A stretch of 64,000 bases of DNA from Thermoproteota archaeon (GTDB lineage: Archaea; Thermoproteota; Thermoprotei_A; Sulfolobales; Ignisphaeraceae): contig JAUQPB010000001.1 of assembly GCA_030550585.1 (NCBI GenBank), forward strand, positions 480,001-544,000, read 5' to 3'. Shown here piece by piece: positions 9,766 through 19,975 of the stretch. The first letter of the stretch is position 1. Each line of letters begins with the position of its first letter. Below the pieces are notes generated by a model. The model was not told where the DNA came from and did no database searches. It was given only the letters and a program-made list of their open reading frames with translations. Made by a program: the position numbers and the translations under genes.

Positions 9766-10674
9766 TCACTTATTTTCATCTTGGCCATATAGTATGTAGA
9801 GATCGTATATAGTTACCCTTTCTCCTCTATTGATCTTATCCAAAATCTTAGCCTTTTTCTCCTGGACTATTTTCTGCTGTTTGCTCTTCTCATACTCATC
9901 TCTCAATTTCTTTAGTTCTTTCAGCAATTCATTATACCTTTTCTTCTTCTCTTGGATCTCATTGTTTATCGCTACAAGTCTGCTCTTTATGTTGTCGCGC
10001 TGGCCCTTCAGCATCTTTATATCCTCTATGATATTGCCAATTTCATTTTTTATCTTGTCCCGCACCGTCTTGAGGTCGGTAAGTTGCTTCACATAGTTGT
10101 TTAACTCGGCTCTCTTTTTCGCAAGCTCGTCTCTAATCTCGGAAATCTTTTTCCTGACATCTTCATACTTGTTAGCAATCTCGCCATATCTTGAATGAAG
10201 AGAAACTAGTGTCTTCAGTTTTTGTTCTAGTCTGGAAATCTCATTTACGATCTCTTTTTCTTTTTCAGGATCTAGATAAGGCGTGGTAATCAGTGTCCAC
10301 TCCAATTGTTCAATCCTAGTTCTCAGCTCATCTATTGCAGTAGACGATTCTCTTCCCCTAGATAATTGTCTGAATTCTGAAGATACTTGTTTAAAATCTT
10401 TGAAAAGGTTTTCCAGCTCCGTCTTTAGTTTCTGGATCTCATTTCTTAGCATTGATATTTTTTCTCTTACACTAGCGATTTCGTTTCTGGTATTGGCAAG
10501 CTCTTCTCTTTTCTTTTTCAAATCCTCTCTTCTTGCATTGAGCTTTTCTCTAACTTCACTAAGCTGTTTCCTCAGATCATCTCTTTGTATAATCAGATTC
10601 TGCAACTCTTCTCTTATCGAGCCCAGCTCTACGTTAATCCTTTCTTCAAGTTCTTTCGACAAGACTAGCCTCAC
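9766..10674 (-). CDS. Archaeal coiled-coil protein (COG1340-like)
   Basis: Near-continuous heptads with central LEWTLITTPYLDPEKEKEIVNEISRLE hinge. Confidence 0.75.
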   Translation of the reverse strand: MRLVLSKELEERINVELGSIREELQNLIIQRDDLRKQLSEVREKLNARREDLKKKREELANTRNEIASVREKISMLRNEIQKLKTELENLFKDFKQVSSEFRQLSRGRESSTAIDELRTRIEQLEWTLITTPYLDPEKEKEIVNEISRLEQKLKTLVSLHSRYGEIANKYEDVRKKISEIRDELAKKRAELNNYVKQLTDLKTVRDKIKNEIGNIIEDIKMLKGQRDNIKSRLVAINNEIQEKKKRYNELLKELKKLRDEYEKSKQQKIVQEKKAKILDKINRGERVTIYDLYILYGQDENK

Positions 10675-10689
10675 ACACCTTTACTTGTG

Positions 10690-11511
10690 CTACAGAATCT
10701 CACTTGGCTCCTCAGTATAAAAATCTTCACCTCCTGCTAAAATTCTTTGGATACCTGCATACAAATTGTCTAAGCCATCCCCTGTCACAGCTGAAACCAT
10801 AACGGCGTTTTCTAAGTTGCTTTTAACAACTCTTTCAATAAATGAATATATATCTTCAAAAGGAAACTCGCTTATAATGTTTAGCTCTGGACTTTTCAAA
10901 GATATTATAAAGTCGGATGGGTTTTCAATCATTTTTGTGATCTGAATGTATTCTTCTTTGGAAAGTATGTCACTTTTTGTTATAACCAGTATTTGGGGTT
11001 TTCTATGCGAAAGCGCTGTTGCAAGCGATAATATGAAGAGTGGTAGCAGGGTTGTGGGTTTTAAAACCATCTGCGACTCTATTAAGAATAGTGCAACGCT
11101 CTTAGACCCCCTAGATAGAGAGTCTATTATTATAGACCCTGCTTTCCTAAATGCGAATACCTCTAATTGTCCAGGTGTATCGACAATCACATAATTTGGC
11201 TTTTCCTCATTTATTTCATCTAAAAGCTCATTAACATAATTTACCGAAAGATCTATCGAGGCTATCAGCGCTCCATTGGGTCCAAGATTGTACCTCTTCA
11301 TAACCTCATTTGTTGTTATATAGTCTCTAATATCAATATCTGGATTGTATGGTATCCAATCAGCTGCTGGATCCAGATTTACTATAGCTGTGTCCATTCC
11401 ATGTTCTTCTAGCCAATCATTGAGGGCCTTGGCAAGAAAGCTTTTTCCAGATCCTGCAGGCCCCATTATAAATACGTAGTACATGTTCTCCACTCCTACT
11501 TGTTTAATCAA
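10690..11511 (-). CDS. GPN-loop GTPase (start likely ATG 11484)
   Basis: GPAGSGKS, NLDPA, LGPNG, DTPGQLE, TKSD, SAVTG. Confidence 0.93.
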   Translation of the reverse strand: MIKQVGVENMYYVFIMGPAGSGKSFLAKALNDWLEEHGMDTAIVNLDPAADWIPYNPDIDIRDYITTNEVMKRYNLGPNGALIASIDLSVNYVNELLDEINEEKPNYVIVDTPGQLEVFAFRKAGSIIIDSLSRGSKSVALFLIESQMVLKPTTLLPLFILSLATALSHRKPQILVITKSDILSKEEYIQITKMIENPSDFIISLKSPELNIISEFPFEDIYSFIERVVKSNLENAVMVSAVTGDGLDNLYAGIQRILAGGEDFYTEEPSEIL

Positions 11512-11524
11512 TGTGTGCTACTCA

Positions 11525-12391
11525 TCACATTATCTGCATTGCTAATGGCATTCTAGTTACTCTCTTTGGAAACTTAAAAACATTATATTTATATCCACAG
11601 TACTTACATGTCTTGTCAGATTTTATGTTTAATCTAAGCATATAACCCCCTTGTCTTACTATAATTGGATTCCGACAAGAGACACAAAATGTTGAAGCAA
11701 TCTCTACAACACTTTCTAGAGGTGCCTGCGCTACAATACCCTTCTTTCTATATCTATCAATAATGTTTAGCTTCTCATCAATAGAAAGATCGTTGCCGAT
11801 GAACAGAATATTTAATGGAATTTTTTGGGATGTCAAAAGATTCTCTATAGATTTGGCGAACATATCAATGGATTGCTCATTTGATGTCATGATAAATACT
11901 ATTTCAAGGTGCTTTTCCTCTTGAACCAAGGAGCTCAGAAATGAAGAGAGTTTCTCATAGTCGATACTATTGATTTGATAGTCTATAATTTCTATTAGTA
12001 CTACATCAACATGTCTGATAATTTGATTGATATATGTTTTCTCATTTTCGAGGAGAATTCCATTGATTTTTATTCCTATATGCAACTTATGTAATCTGTT
12101 CAATTCCTTTACTAGTTCCTCGACTCCGCTTTTCTTATAGGGTTCTCCCCCATGTAACATGACCAGATCTGGATTGTATTTATTAACTAATTCAACTATA
12201 TTATACAAGCTGATGTTAAGTAATTGAGAGCTTTTAGCATCAAGATTGGCTTCCCAAGGACAGATAGCACATGAGAGGGGGCACTCAATAAAGTTGATGA
12301 CTATAGCGATACCTCCACTACAGCAAAATGAGAGAGGTATTTTCTCGATATTGACCAAAGAAACTGATGCTACAGAGCTCATCAAAGCCAA
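11525..12391 (-). CDS. Divergent radical SAM protein (PflA/AmmeMemoRadiSam-like)
   Basis: IEKIPL, CPLSCAIC (CxxxCxxC), GGEP, C-terminal CVSC...CKYCG. Confidence 0.7.
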   Translation of the reverse strand: MALMSSVASVSLVNIEKIPLSFCCSGGIAIVINFIECPLSCAICPWEANLDAKSSQLLNISLYNIVELVNKYNPDLVMLHGGEPYKKSGVEELVKELNRLHKLHIGIKINGILLENEKTYINQIIRHVDVVLIEIIDYQINSIDYEKLSSFLSSLVQEEKHLEIVFIMTSNEQSIDMFAKSIENLLTSQKIPLNILFIGNDLSIDEKLNIIDRYRKKGIVAQAPLESVVEIASTFCVSCRNPIIVRQGGYMLRLNIKSDKTCKYCGYKYNVFKFPKRVTRMPLAMQIM

Positions 12392-12598
12392 TGTCTTTAA
12401 CCTCTCACTGGGTTCTCAAACATAGTAACAACTATAAGGCTTTAAAATTGATGGCGTGATCTTAGTCAAACGCTCATTTTTAATTCGTTATTGATACAAA
12501 CTCATTTTAATGACATAGAGAATTTCCTAAGTTTGTCAACCTAAGATTAATCAAGTTTATATTCTGCTTTTAAATCTCACATTGTTGTGTGATCTAAA

Positions 12599-13486
12599 TT
12601 GTTGTTACTGCTCTCAGGTGTTGCAGAGTCTCTGTCACATGGTTTGCAGAAATCATGTGGTCTAGAAATTGTTAGTAGTCATCATAAGCTATTTCCAGAT
12701 GGCGAGCAATATATTAGAATATTATCGGAGGTTAGAGACAGAGATGTTGTTGTTGCTCAGTCGATGTACCCAAACCAAGACAGCAAGGCTGTAGAGCTTT
12801 ATCTCGCTATTGAAGCTTTGCAAGGTTTGCAAGCAACTGTGTCCACTGTTTTGATCCCCTATATGGCTTACGCCAGGCAGGACAAAAGGTTTTTAAAAGG
12901 GGAACCCATAAGCGTAAAGGCCATTTATGCCCCATTACGTCTATTCAATGTTAAAAGGTTAGTTGTTGTAGACACCCATTCGCATGATGTATCAGCGCTA
13001 GTGGGAATTGAAGTAGTGAATATTTTGCCTCATGCATATGCAATCAAAAAAGCTGGTATCAGTGTAGACTTTATTTTATCCCCAGATAGAGGAGCTCTCC
13101 ATAGAGCAGAAAGCGCGGCAAAGGCCTTTGGTGTCAGCTTTGATTACTTGGATAAATTCAGGGATAGAGTCACAGGCGAAATAAAGGTGTCGCCTAAAGA
13201 TCTTGATGTTAGAAATGCAAATGTTGCAATAGTTGATGACATAATCAGTACGGGGGGCACCATAGCGAAGGCATGTCAAATACTCTATGATCTTGGAGCA
13301 AACAAAGTTTATGCAGTTGTATCACATGCTCTGCTATCTGAAAAGTCTATAGAGGTTTTAAGCAAAGCTGGCTTAACCAAATTGATAACCACAAATAGCG
13401 TCAAACGACAAATCAATTTGCCTGAGTGGGTTCTTGAAGTAGACCTAAGCGAGTTGATATGCAACGAGCTTAGAAGGGCGCCATAA
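12599..13486 (+). CDS. prs: Ribose-phosphate pyrophosphokinase
   Basis: FPDGEQYIRI, PYMAYARQDKRF, VDDIISTGGT. Confidence 0.95.
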   Translation: MLLLLSGVAESLSHGLQKSCGLEIVSSHHKLFPDGEQYIRILSEVRDRDVVVAQSMYPNQDSKAVELYLAIEALQGLQATVSTVLIPYMAYARQDKRFLKGEPISVKAIYAPLRLFNVKRLVVVDTHSHDVSALVGIEVVNILPHAYAIKKAGISVDFILSPDRGALHRAESAAKAFGVSFDYLDKFRDRVTGEIKVSPKDLDVRNANVAIVDDIISTGGTIAKACQILYDLGANKVYAVVSHALLSEKSIEVLSKAGLTKLITTNSVKRQINLPEWVLEVDLSELICNELRRAP

Positions 13487-13507
13487 AAACACATTGCATA
13501 ATAATCC

Positions 13508-14542
13508 TTGGCTAGTGATGCATTTGTGTATGAAAAGACCTTCGTTTTTAAGCTTAGTAATGAACTGTTTTCAATAGCGCTATCAGAATTCAATTCTATT
13601 ATAGTAGCAGACAATCTACCTGCTAAAACTATTCATCAAATAGATGAATTTGTCATAGCTGAGACAGACGAAAAAACTGCAATGCATCTAAGCAACAGAG
13701 CTTCATTGATACTGGAATCGGGGCATATAATCGGTGTTTTTGATGAAGATGACTTGGGAGGTCTTAGCAATTTGATAATCAATTATTTGAAAACATCCAA
13801 TACCTGTATACGCTTTGACGCTATTAGAGGCTTTGGCAAAGAGTCAATAAAAAATTTAATGGTTCTTCTACATGGTTTTAGTTGGAGCAGATGTAGGGAG
13901 GTTGTTAAAGTAGCTTTCATTGGTGGTATAGCAATAGCATATCATGTCATGTACAGAAGAAAAGAGTTGAAATTCCTTGATAGAGAACCTCATAAAAGAC
14001 CCTGCTACAGACCAGGAACAATGAAGCCCCGACTAGCTAGGGCACTTGTAAATTTGGCTAAGCTCTCATCAGTAAGAAAACAAATAATGTTAGATCCTTT
14101 TTGTGGTGTTGGCGGTATAGTACTAGAAGCTTGTTCCATGGGTATACACTCAATATGTAGTGACATAGATACTAAAATGTGTATGTGTGCCAAGGAGAAC
14201 ATAAAGCACTTTAAATGTGATGAAATAGCTGATATCGTTCTCGGCGATGCTAGCAGAGAAGGCATCAGAGGGTATTCCGTGGACGCTGTTGTAACAGACC
14301 CTCCATATGGTATACAGAGCTCTCCAAAGGGTTTCGGAATACTTGACCTTCTGAAAAATTTCATAACAGTTTCATCTGATGTTATAAAGCCAAATGGGTA
14401 CATGGTATTTGCAATACCAATACAATACGAGTCTATCATCAACGCATATTTGCAGGATCATGGTTTCGAGATAAAGGAAAAACACATTAATAGAGTTCAT
14501 GGCTCTCTCACAAGGCTTATTTATGTGGTGCGTAAAGTTTGA
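13508..14542 (+). CDS. tRNA (guanine10-N2) methyltransferase Trm11/TrmG10-like
   Basis: KPRLARALVNL, LDPFCGVGG, VTDPPYG, RVHGSLTR. Confidence 0.85.
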   Translation: MASDAFVYEKTFVFKLSNELFSIALSEFNSIIVADNLPAKTIHQIDEFVIAETDEKTAMHLSNRASLILESGHIIGVFDEDDLGGLSNLIINYLKTSNTCIRFDAIRGFGKESIKNLMVLLHGFSWSRCREVVKVAFIGGIAIAYHVMYRRKELKFLDREPHKRPCYRPGTMKPRLARALVNLAKLSSVRKQIMLDPFCGVGGIVLEACSMGIHSICSDIDTKMCMCAKENIKHFKCDEIADIVLGDASREGIRGYSVDAVVTDPPYGIQSSPKGFGILDLLKNFITVSSDVIKPNGYMVFAIPIQYESIINAYLQDHGFEIKEKHINRVHGSLTRLIYVVRKV

Positions 14543-15348
14543 GACTGATTTTTCTAGGCACAAGTGCAGCAATTCCTTCCCACGAAAGATTTATGCCTAG
14601 CATACTTTTGTGTAGTTCTAGAGACTGTATGTTGCTTGACTGTGGGGAGGGAGCACAGATGCGATTAATAGAAGCGGGAATTGATCTATCTAAAATAGCT
14701 TACATTGTAATTACACATTTGCATGGCGATCACTTTTATGGCGTTTACCCATTAATCGACAGCTATATAATGAGGGTAAGATCTCAGAAATTAAAGAATA
14801 AAAAGCTTGTGATCTATGCTCCAACTGGTTTTTGCAAAGGATTTGACAATAATTTCAATGATTTAATTACATGTGTTGAAGTATCTAAGAATACTATGGC
14901 AAACAATGGTTTTGTTCAGATGGGTGATTTTAAAGTTAGATGGCTTCCAATGGACCATGGGGATGTAGAGGCTTTCGGCATTTTCATAGCTATTAAACAC
15001 AGAGAGAAGGAATTGGGCATTTTCTATTCAGGAGACGGCATATGCAGAGACAAGTGTTTAGAGTTTCTAAAAAATGTAAGACCCTGCATCATAATACATG
15101 AAGCTTCATTCCTTGATTACAGAGATGATGCAAAGAAAGCGAGGGAGAGATACCATGCAACTGTTGCAGATGCTGCCAACTTAGCTAGGGAGTCTCAAGC
15201 AAAGATGTTGATACTTATGCATATAAGTAGTAGGTATCGTAGTGGAGAGATAAACGATTTTATTTCGCGGGCCAAAAGGCTGTTTGAAGGAGATATCTAT
15301 ATAGCTTCTGATCTCTCACAAGTCCAATTAGATAGGGTTACTTGTTAA
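14539..15348 (+). CDS. rnz: Ribonuclease Z family metallo-beta-lactamase
   Basis: FLGTSAAIP, LDCGEGAQ, THLHGDH, SGD, HEAS, HAT, HISSRY. Confidence 0.85.
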   Translation: MRLIFLGTSAAIPSHERFMPSILLCSSRDCMLLDCGEGAQMRLIEAGIDLSKIAYIVITHLHGDHFYGVYPLIDSYIMRVRSQKLKNKKLVIYAPTGFCKGFDNNFNDLITCVEVSKNTMANNGFVQMGDFKVRWLPMDHGDVEAFGIFIAIKHREKELGIFYSGDGICRDKCLEFLKNVRPCIIIHEASFLDYRDDAKKARERYHATVADAANLARESQAKMLILMHISSRYRSGEINDFISRAKRLFEGDIYIASDLSQVQLDRVTC

Positions 15349-15785
15349 GTATCTGTAGGTGTTGGCAAATCCCATATTGGTTTGCCATGAGAGGTTTTCG
15401 GTGTTAGCCAATCTATTATCAGTTCTATTTTATCGCTTGAGATAACCACGTTTATTGGGCCTAGAGGACTCTCATTATCTGAGTCCACAAAGCTTACAAC
15501 TCCTTGGTAAGCTGCTTGCTTATTTAGCTTCACCTCAACAACATTTCCTTTATAACTCTTCAGAAGAATGTTGCGTGCAGTGTCAAGAATTCTTTGCTTT
15601 CTTAGTATATCGCGCAGCTTTGTCAAAGTTTCTATATTGTTTTCTTCTATGACTATCAATTTTCTTTCATTGCCCAATTCCTCTACCTTAATATTTTTAA
15701 AGTTGAATAGGTTTTTGAGTGCTCTAATAACCTTATTCAAATCCTCGGTAGGTCTAACCTCAGTCTCTATTCTTATGTACACCAA
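15345..15785 (-). CDS. UPF0201/COG1931 RNA-binding-fold protein
   Basis: EVRPTEDLNKV, RKQRILDTAR, LNKQAA, ESPLGPI. Confidence 0.85.
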   Translation of the reverse strand: MVYIRIETEVRPTEDLNKVIRALKNLFNFKNIKVEELGNERKLIVIEENNIETLTKLRDILRKQRILDTARNILLKSYKGNVVEVKLNKQAAYQGVVSFVDSDNESPLGPINVVISSDKIELIIDWLTPKTSHGKPIWDLPTPTDT

Positions 15786-16360
15786 CTTTTAAGCGCCTCA
15801 ATAAAAAAGTTTCTTGCTTCGCTTATAAGTTCTTCAATTCTACCCTCATTGACAATGACTTTATCAGCCAAGGCTATAACATTTCCAAGACCCCACGAAA
15901 GCTCCTCAAAATCTCTTCTCTTGAAATCTTCTAGTGTTCTTGGATCCCCCTGTCTCCCTCTAGCTAGTATTCTTTCAAATCTGGTTTTCTGCGACGAATG
16001 TATAGCTAAGATAAAAACCTTCTTGTCTATCTGCTTGTTTATGGCCTCAATCTCGTCTAGGCTTCTAACACCATCTACTACAATTATGCAGCTGGAGTTG
16101 CAGGCACGAGCTATTCTCTCTAAAGCAAGTTTTGCTATGGCATCTCTTCCGAATTTTCTTCTCAATTCATTCGCAACGCTAAGCACATTTTCCAATGTTG
16201 GTTCTAATCCTCTTCGCATAACTTCATCTCTTACAACATCGCCTAGGGATATAACCGGCAAACCCAGTTCCCTAGCCACATTAGCTACAACACTTTTTCC
16301 AGCACCTGGCAAACCAGCTAGCACTATAATAGTCTTGCATATGGGTCCACGATCCAACAT
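15773..16360 (-). CDS. UPF0200 nucleotide/dephospho-CoA kinase-like P-loop protein
   Basis: GLPGAGKS, SLGDVVRDE, VVDGVRS, RFERILARGR. Confidence 0.82.
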   Translation of the reverse strand: MLDRGPICKTIIVLAGLPGAGKSVVANVARELGLPVISLGDVVRDEVMRRGLEPTLENVLSVANELRRKFGRDAIAKLALERIARACNSSCIIVVDGVRSLDEIEAINKQIDKKVFILAIHSSQKTRFERILARGRQGDPRTLEDFKRRDFEELSWGLGNVIALADKVIVNEGRIEELISEARNFFIEALKSWCT

Positions 16361-16574
16361 GTTAACATCACCTTTTCCGCAAGCATCATTTGCTGTTTTT
16401 ATGAATTAAGGCTCTGTAATCTATTTTTGATATGAATAATCTTGATCCGATATTTATATTTGTATAAAGATCTTCATTTGCAAATAGATTGTATTGTTTT
16501 TTACTCATGGACACGTTTAATTTAAATACCTAAGATGATAGACAAAACATTAGCTATATTGGGGTGTAAAAGCC

Positions 16575-17819
16575 TTGAGCTATAAAGTAAAGGATATGAG
16601 TCTTGCTGAGAGGGGTAAAAAGCAGATTGAATGGGCCCGTATGCACATGCCTGTTTTAAGAATTATTGCAGATGAGTTTAGCAGAGAAAAGCCTTTAAAA
16701 GGTATAAGAATTGCAGCTGTTTTGCATGTTACTAAGGAGACGGCTGTTCTAGTTGAGACATTGGTAGCTGGGGGTGCAGAGGTTTGGCTTGCTGCTAGCA
16801 ATCCGCTCTCTACGCAAGACGATGTTGCAGCAGCGCTAGCTTCTGAGGGGGTTCATGTATATGCTTGGAGAGGTGAAACAGAGGAAGAATACTTCAATGC
16901 AATAAAGACTATTGCTAGTGCAGAGCCGCAGATAGTCATTGATGACGGTGGAGATCTACATGCACATCTTCATAGCGCGGCCCAGGAAATTGCGAAGAAA
17001 GTGTTTGGAGGTACTGAAGAAACTACGACAGGGGTTCATAGGCTAAAGGCCATGGAGAGGCAGGGGATATTGAAGTACCCTGTTATAGCAGTTAACAATG
17101 CGCTAACAAAGTTCATGTTTGATAACAGGTATGGAACTGGTCAAAGTACAATAGATGGTATACTAAGAGCTACAAACATTCTCATAGCTGGTAAGATAGT
17201 TGTTGTTGCCGGCTATGGCTGGGTTGGAAGAGGTATTGCATGGAGGGCCAGAGGAATGGGGGCAAGGGTAATAGTAACAGAGGTCGATCCCATCAGGGCT
17301 CTAGAAGCTGTCATGGATGGGTTTGAGGTTATGAAAATGGATGAGGCAGCTGAAATAGGTGATGTATTTATAACGGCTACTGGAAACATAAATGTTATAA
17401 CGAAAGCTCATTTTGAAAAGATGAAGGATGGAGCGATACTGGCAAATGCAGGCCACTTTGATGTGGAGGTTAGTGTAAAGGACTTGGAGTCGATTGCTAT
17501 TTCAAAAAGAGAGATTAGGGATTGTGTAACAGAGTATGTGTTACCCAATGGGAAAAGGTTTTACCTTCTGGGGAGAGGGAGGCTCGTGAACCTAGTTTGC
17601 GCAGAGGGGCACTCAAGCGAGGTTATGGACATGAGCTTTGCGAACCAAGCATTGGCAGCTAGATACATAGTCGAGAATAGGGGGGTTTTAGAGAGGAAGG
17701 TCTATAACGTGCCACTAGAAATAGATAGGAGGGTAGCAGAGCTAAAGCTGAGATCCATGGGCATAGAAATAGATGTGTTAACAGATGAGCAGAGGAAATA
17801 TTTAGAAAGCTGGATATAG
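16575..17819 (+). CDS. ahcY: S-adenosylhomocysteine hydrolase
   Basis: [39 protein letters not shown]. Confidence 0.97.
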   Translation: MSYKVKDMSLAERGKKQIEWARMHMPVLRIIADEFSREKPLKGIRIAAVLHVTKETAVLVETLVAGGAEVWLAASNPLSTQDDVAAALASEGVHVYAWRGETEEEYFNAIKTIASAEPQIVIDDGGDLHAHLHSAAQEIAKKVFGGTEETTTGVHRLKAMERQGILKYPVIAVNNALTKFMFDNRYGTGQSTIDGILRATNILIAGKIVVVAGYGWVGRGIAWRARGMGARVIVTEVDPIRALEAVMDGFEVMKMDEAAEIGDVFITATGNINVITKAHFEKMKDGAILANAGHFDVEVSVKDLESIAISKREIRDCVTEYVLPNGKRFYLLGRGRLVNLVCAEGHSSEVMDMSFANQALAARYIVENRGVLERKVYNVPLEIDRRVAELKLRSMGIEIDVLTDEQRKYLESWI

Positions 17820-17827
17820 TCTTAGAA

Positions 17828-18433
17828 TTATCGATTGAATTCCTTGAAATATAATCTGCCAAGCAGTGATGCGATCCTGTCTGCTACATGAAGAGGGTAT
17901 GGATAGAAATAGTATCTGCACAGTTTTTCAAGAATGGTCTCCACAAACTTCATTGGTAAGCCGATGGAGTGGTATCTCAAGTTTGTTTCCCCAATCTTTA
18001 CGACATTGGAGTGTGAATAGATATTCTCTATGATCGAAAATCTATATGTATAATCGGTAAAATGTTTCTTCAAGGCAAAACGAACTCTCTCTAGGTCAAG
18101 TGCATGTCTAAACATGGTTACCACTGGAATAGAATATATATTGTAAATTCTAAGTGGGTCGATGATATTGAACCCTGCATATGTTACACCATCCAGAAAT
18201 ATTGCATCGATCTCATATTTAGAGGTAGCATCTTCAACTATTTCTATGGCTTTTCGAGTTCCGTCTAGCGAATCTATCGTTATATAGTTTAGAAAGACAT
18301 CAACTATTTTATGATTGCATGTTACAGCACCAACTAGAAGTGTTTTTCTTTTTGGCTCTAACCTCTTATAGAGAACGTTGAAATACCCATCATCTATTCC
18401 CAGAAAGCAGTTGTGATACATATGGATCTTCAC
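17828..18433 (-). CDS. DUF99 / endonuclease V-like protein (start may be ATG 18421)
   Basis: [34 protein letters not shown]; follows cdc6. Confidence 0.82.
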   Translation of the reverse strand: MKIHMYHNCFLGIDDGYFNVLYKRLEPKRKTLLVGAVTCNHKIVDVFLNYITIDSLDGTRKAIEIVEDATSKYEIDAIFLDGVTYAGFNIIDPLRIYNIYSIPVVTMFRHALDLERVRFALKKHFTDYTYRFSIIENIYSHSNVVKIGETNLRYHSIGLPMKFVETILEKLCRYYFYPYPLHVADRIASLLGRLYFKEFNR

Positions 18434-19619
18434 TAAGCGCTTTTATTACAACATCTTCTGGGACTGCTAGGGATATAACCCTTGTTTTGCCATATCTCCC
18501 CCGGCTTATGACCCTAGCTGTTATTATGCCTGTCATATCTAGCTCACTTAGAATATCGCTAACCCTTCTCTGTGTAACGCTTTCAATCCCTATTTTTGTG
18601 CACAAGGACTTGTAATGGACGTACACCTCCCCCGTTGTCGTTTTTCCATTGCCAGCCTTCGTAAGGTTTAGAATTGCTAGCAAAACAAGCTTGCTATGCA
18701 AAGGCATAGTCGATATGACCTCGCCCGCTCTATCAACCTCTATTTCTCTTAGAGCTTTATACACATGTTCTGTCAAAACCTTCTCGCTCCCTTCTCTCTC
18801 AGCTATCTCTCCAGCAACTCTCAGTAGATCTAGTGCTCTTCTGGCATCTCCATGTTCTCTAGCAGCTAGTGCTGCACAGAGGCTAATAACAGGTTTGTCT
18901 ATAGCACCTTGTTTAAACGCTATTTTCGCACGTCTAGTGAGTATATCCTCCAACTGTACCGCATTGTAAGGTGGGAATACAAGCTCCACTTCGCCTAGGC
19001 TGCTTCTAACCCTTGGATCAATATCTTCAACAAGCTTCAAATCGTTTGTTATTCCAATTATGGCTATCTTCGAGTTGGCCAGTTCATCACTGCTTCTGGT
19101 TAATCTATATAGTATCTCATCACCACTTCTCTTTATCAAGAAATCAATTTCGTCGAGAACAGCGATCATTATAGATGACCTAGAATCCAAAACCTTTAGA
19201 AATCTTCTATATGCTTCTGCAGTAGATATTCCAGTAAATGGCAACTTCAATCCTATACATTCGGCAAGCTTGACCACAACCCTATATGTTGTATCATCTT
19301 GTCTAGTATTGACATAGCATGGAATGATGTCTACGCCAAGCTCGACGGACTTTCCATACAGTCTCTTCAAAACATATTTAGTCACAGCAGTTTTACCTGT
19401 GCCAGTCAACCCATAGATAAACACATTGCTAGGCTTAGAACCCCTTAGTGCCGGTGCAAGTATCGAACCCAGTTTAGCTATTTGCTCCTCTCTATGAGGA
19501 AGCTCATCAGGTATATACTCTGGTCTCAGAACATCTCTATTAACAAATACACTAGATCTAAGCGTATTCACAAAAATCTTGTCAAGCAAATCATTCACAG
19601 CTTCACTCATAACCCTCAA
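18390..19619 (-). CDS. cdc6: Orc1/Cdc6 replication initiator (start likely ATG 19610)
   Basis: [39 protein letters not shown], w[11 protein letters not shown]. Confidence 0.97.
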   Translation of the reverse strand: MRVMSEAVNDLLDKIFVNTLRSSVFVNRDVLRPEYIPDELPHREEQIAKLGSILAPALRGSKPSNVFIYGLTGTGKTAVTKYVLKRLYGKSVELGVDIIPCYVNTRQDDTTYRVVVKLAECIGLKLPFTGISTAEAYRRFLKVLDSRSSIMIAVLDEIDFLIKRSGDEILYRLTRSSDELANSKIAIIGITNDLKLVEDIDPRVRSSLGEVELVFPPYNAVQLEDILTRRAKIAFKQGAIDKPVISLCAALAAREHGDARRALDLLRVAGEIAEREGSEKVLTEHVYKALREIEVDRAGEVISTMPLHSKLVLLAILNLTKAGNGKTTTGEVYVHYKSLCTKIGIESVTQRRVSDILSELDMTGIITARVISRGRYGKTRVISLAVPEDVVIKALSEDPYVSQLLSGNR

Positions 19620-19685
19620 TCACACTACACAAGCTTCACATAATAAAAAATAAATAATCTGTTAATATAATTAAATAGTTGAAAA

Positions 19686-19700
19686 CAGCTTTTTAAGCTG
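19686..19700 (+). promoter_or_regulatory. Probable TATA box of tRNA-Ala inside inverted repeat CAGCTT-TTT-AAGCTG
   Basis: TTTTAAG preceded by purine-rich GAAAAC, about 40 bp upstream of the mature tRNA. Confidence 0.45.
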
Positions 19701-19734
19701 AGTCATACAAATATCTGTGTTGATTAAATAGGTT

Positions 19735-19810
19735 GGGCCGGTAGCTCAGCTGGAAGAGCGCTCGGTTCGCACCCGAGAGGTCCCGGGTTCGAATCCCGGC
19801 CGGTCCACCA
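19735..19810 (+). tRNA. tRNA-Ala(CGC), CCA encoded
   Basis: Cloverleaf GGGCCGG...CTCGG-TT-CGC-AC-CCGAG...GGTTCGAATCC...CCGGTCC-ACCA; G3:U70 pair. Confidence 0.97.
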
Positions 19811-19975
19811 AAACAATTCTTATCTTAGATTTTTGTAGCAGAGCTGGTTGCATTAAAACATGCTGAATAACTTTATTAGATCTTACATAGGGTAAAACTT
19901 TAGTCATAGAAATCTAAAAAGGAGTTTACAAAAAGTTGTTGATCTATAAAAAAGGATCTTGTTTTTATTATATCT

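Noticed and set aside
9766-10674. Coiled-coil protein as an SMC or cytoskeletal novelty
   Set aside because: No ATPase head; fits a known archaeal coiled-coil family.
11508-11528. GTGATGA...TTGA (minus strand) at the radical SAM stop
   Set aside because: Arises from tandem stop codons; no C' or D boxes follow.
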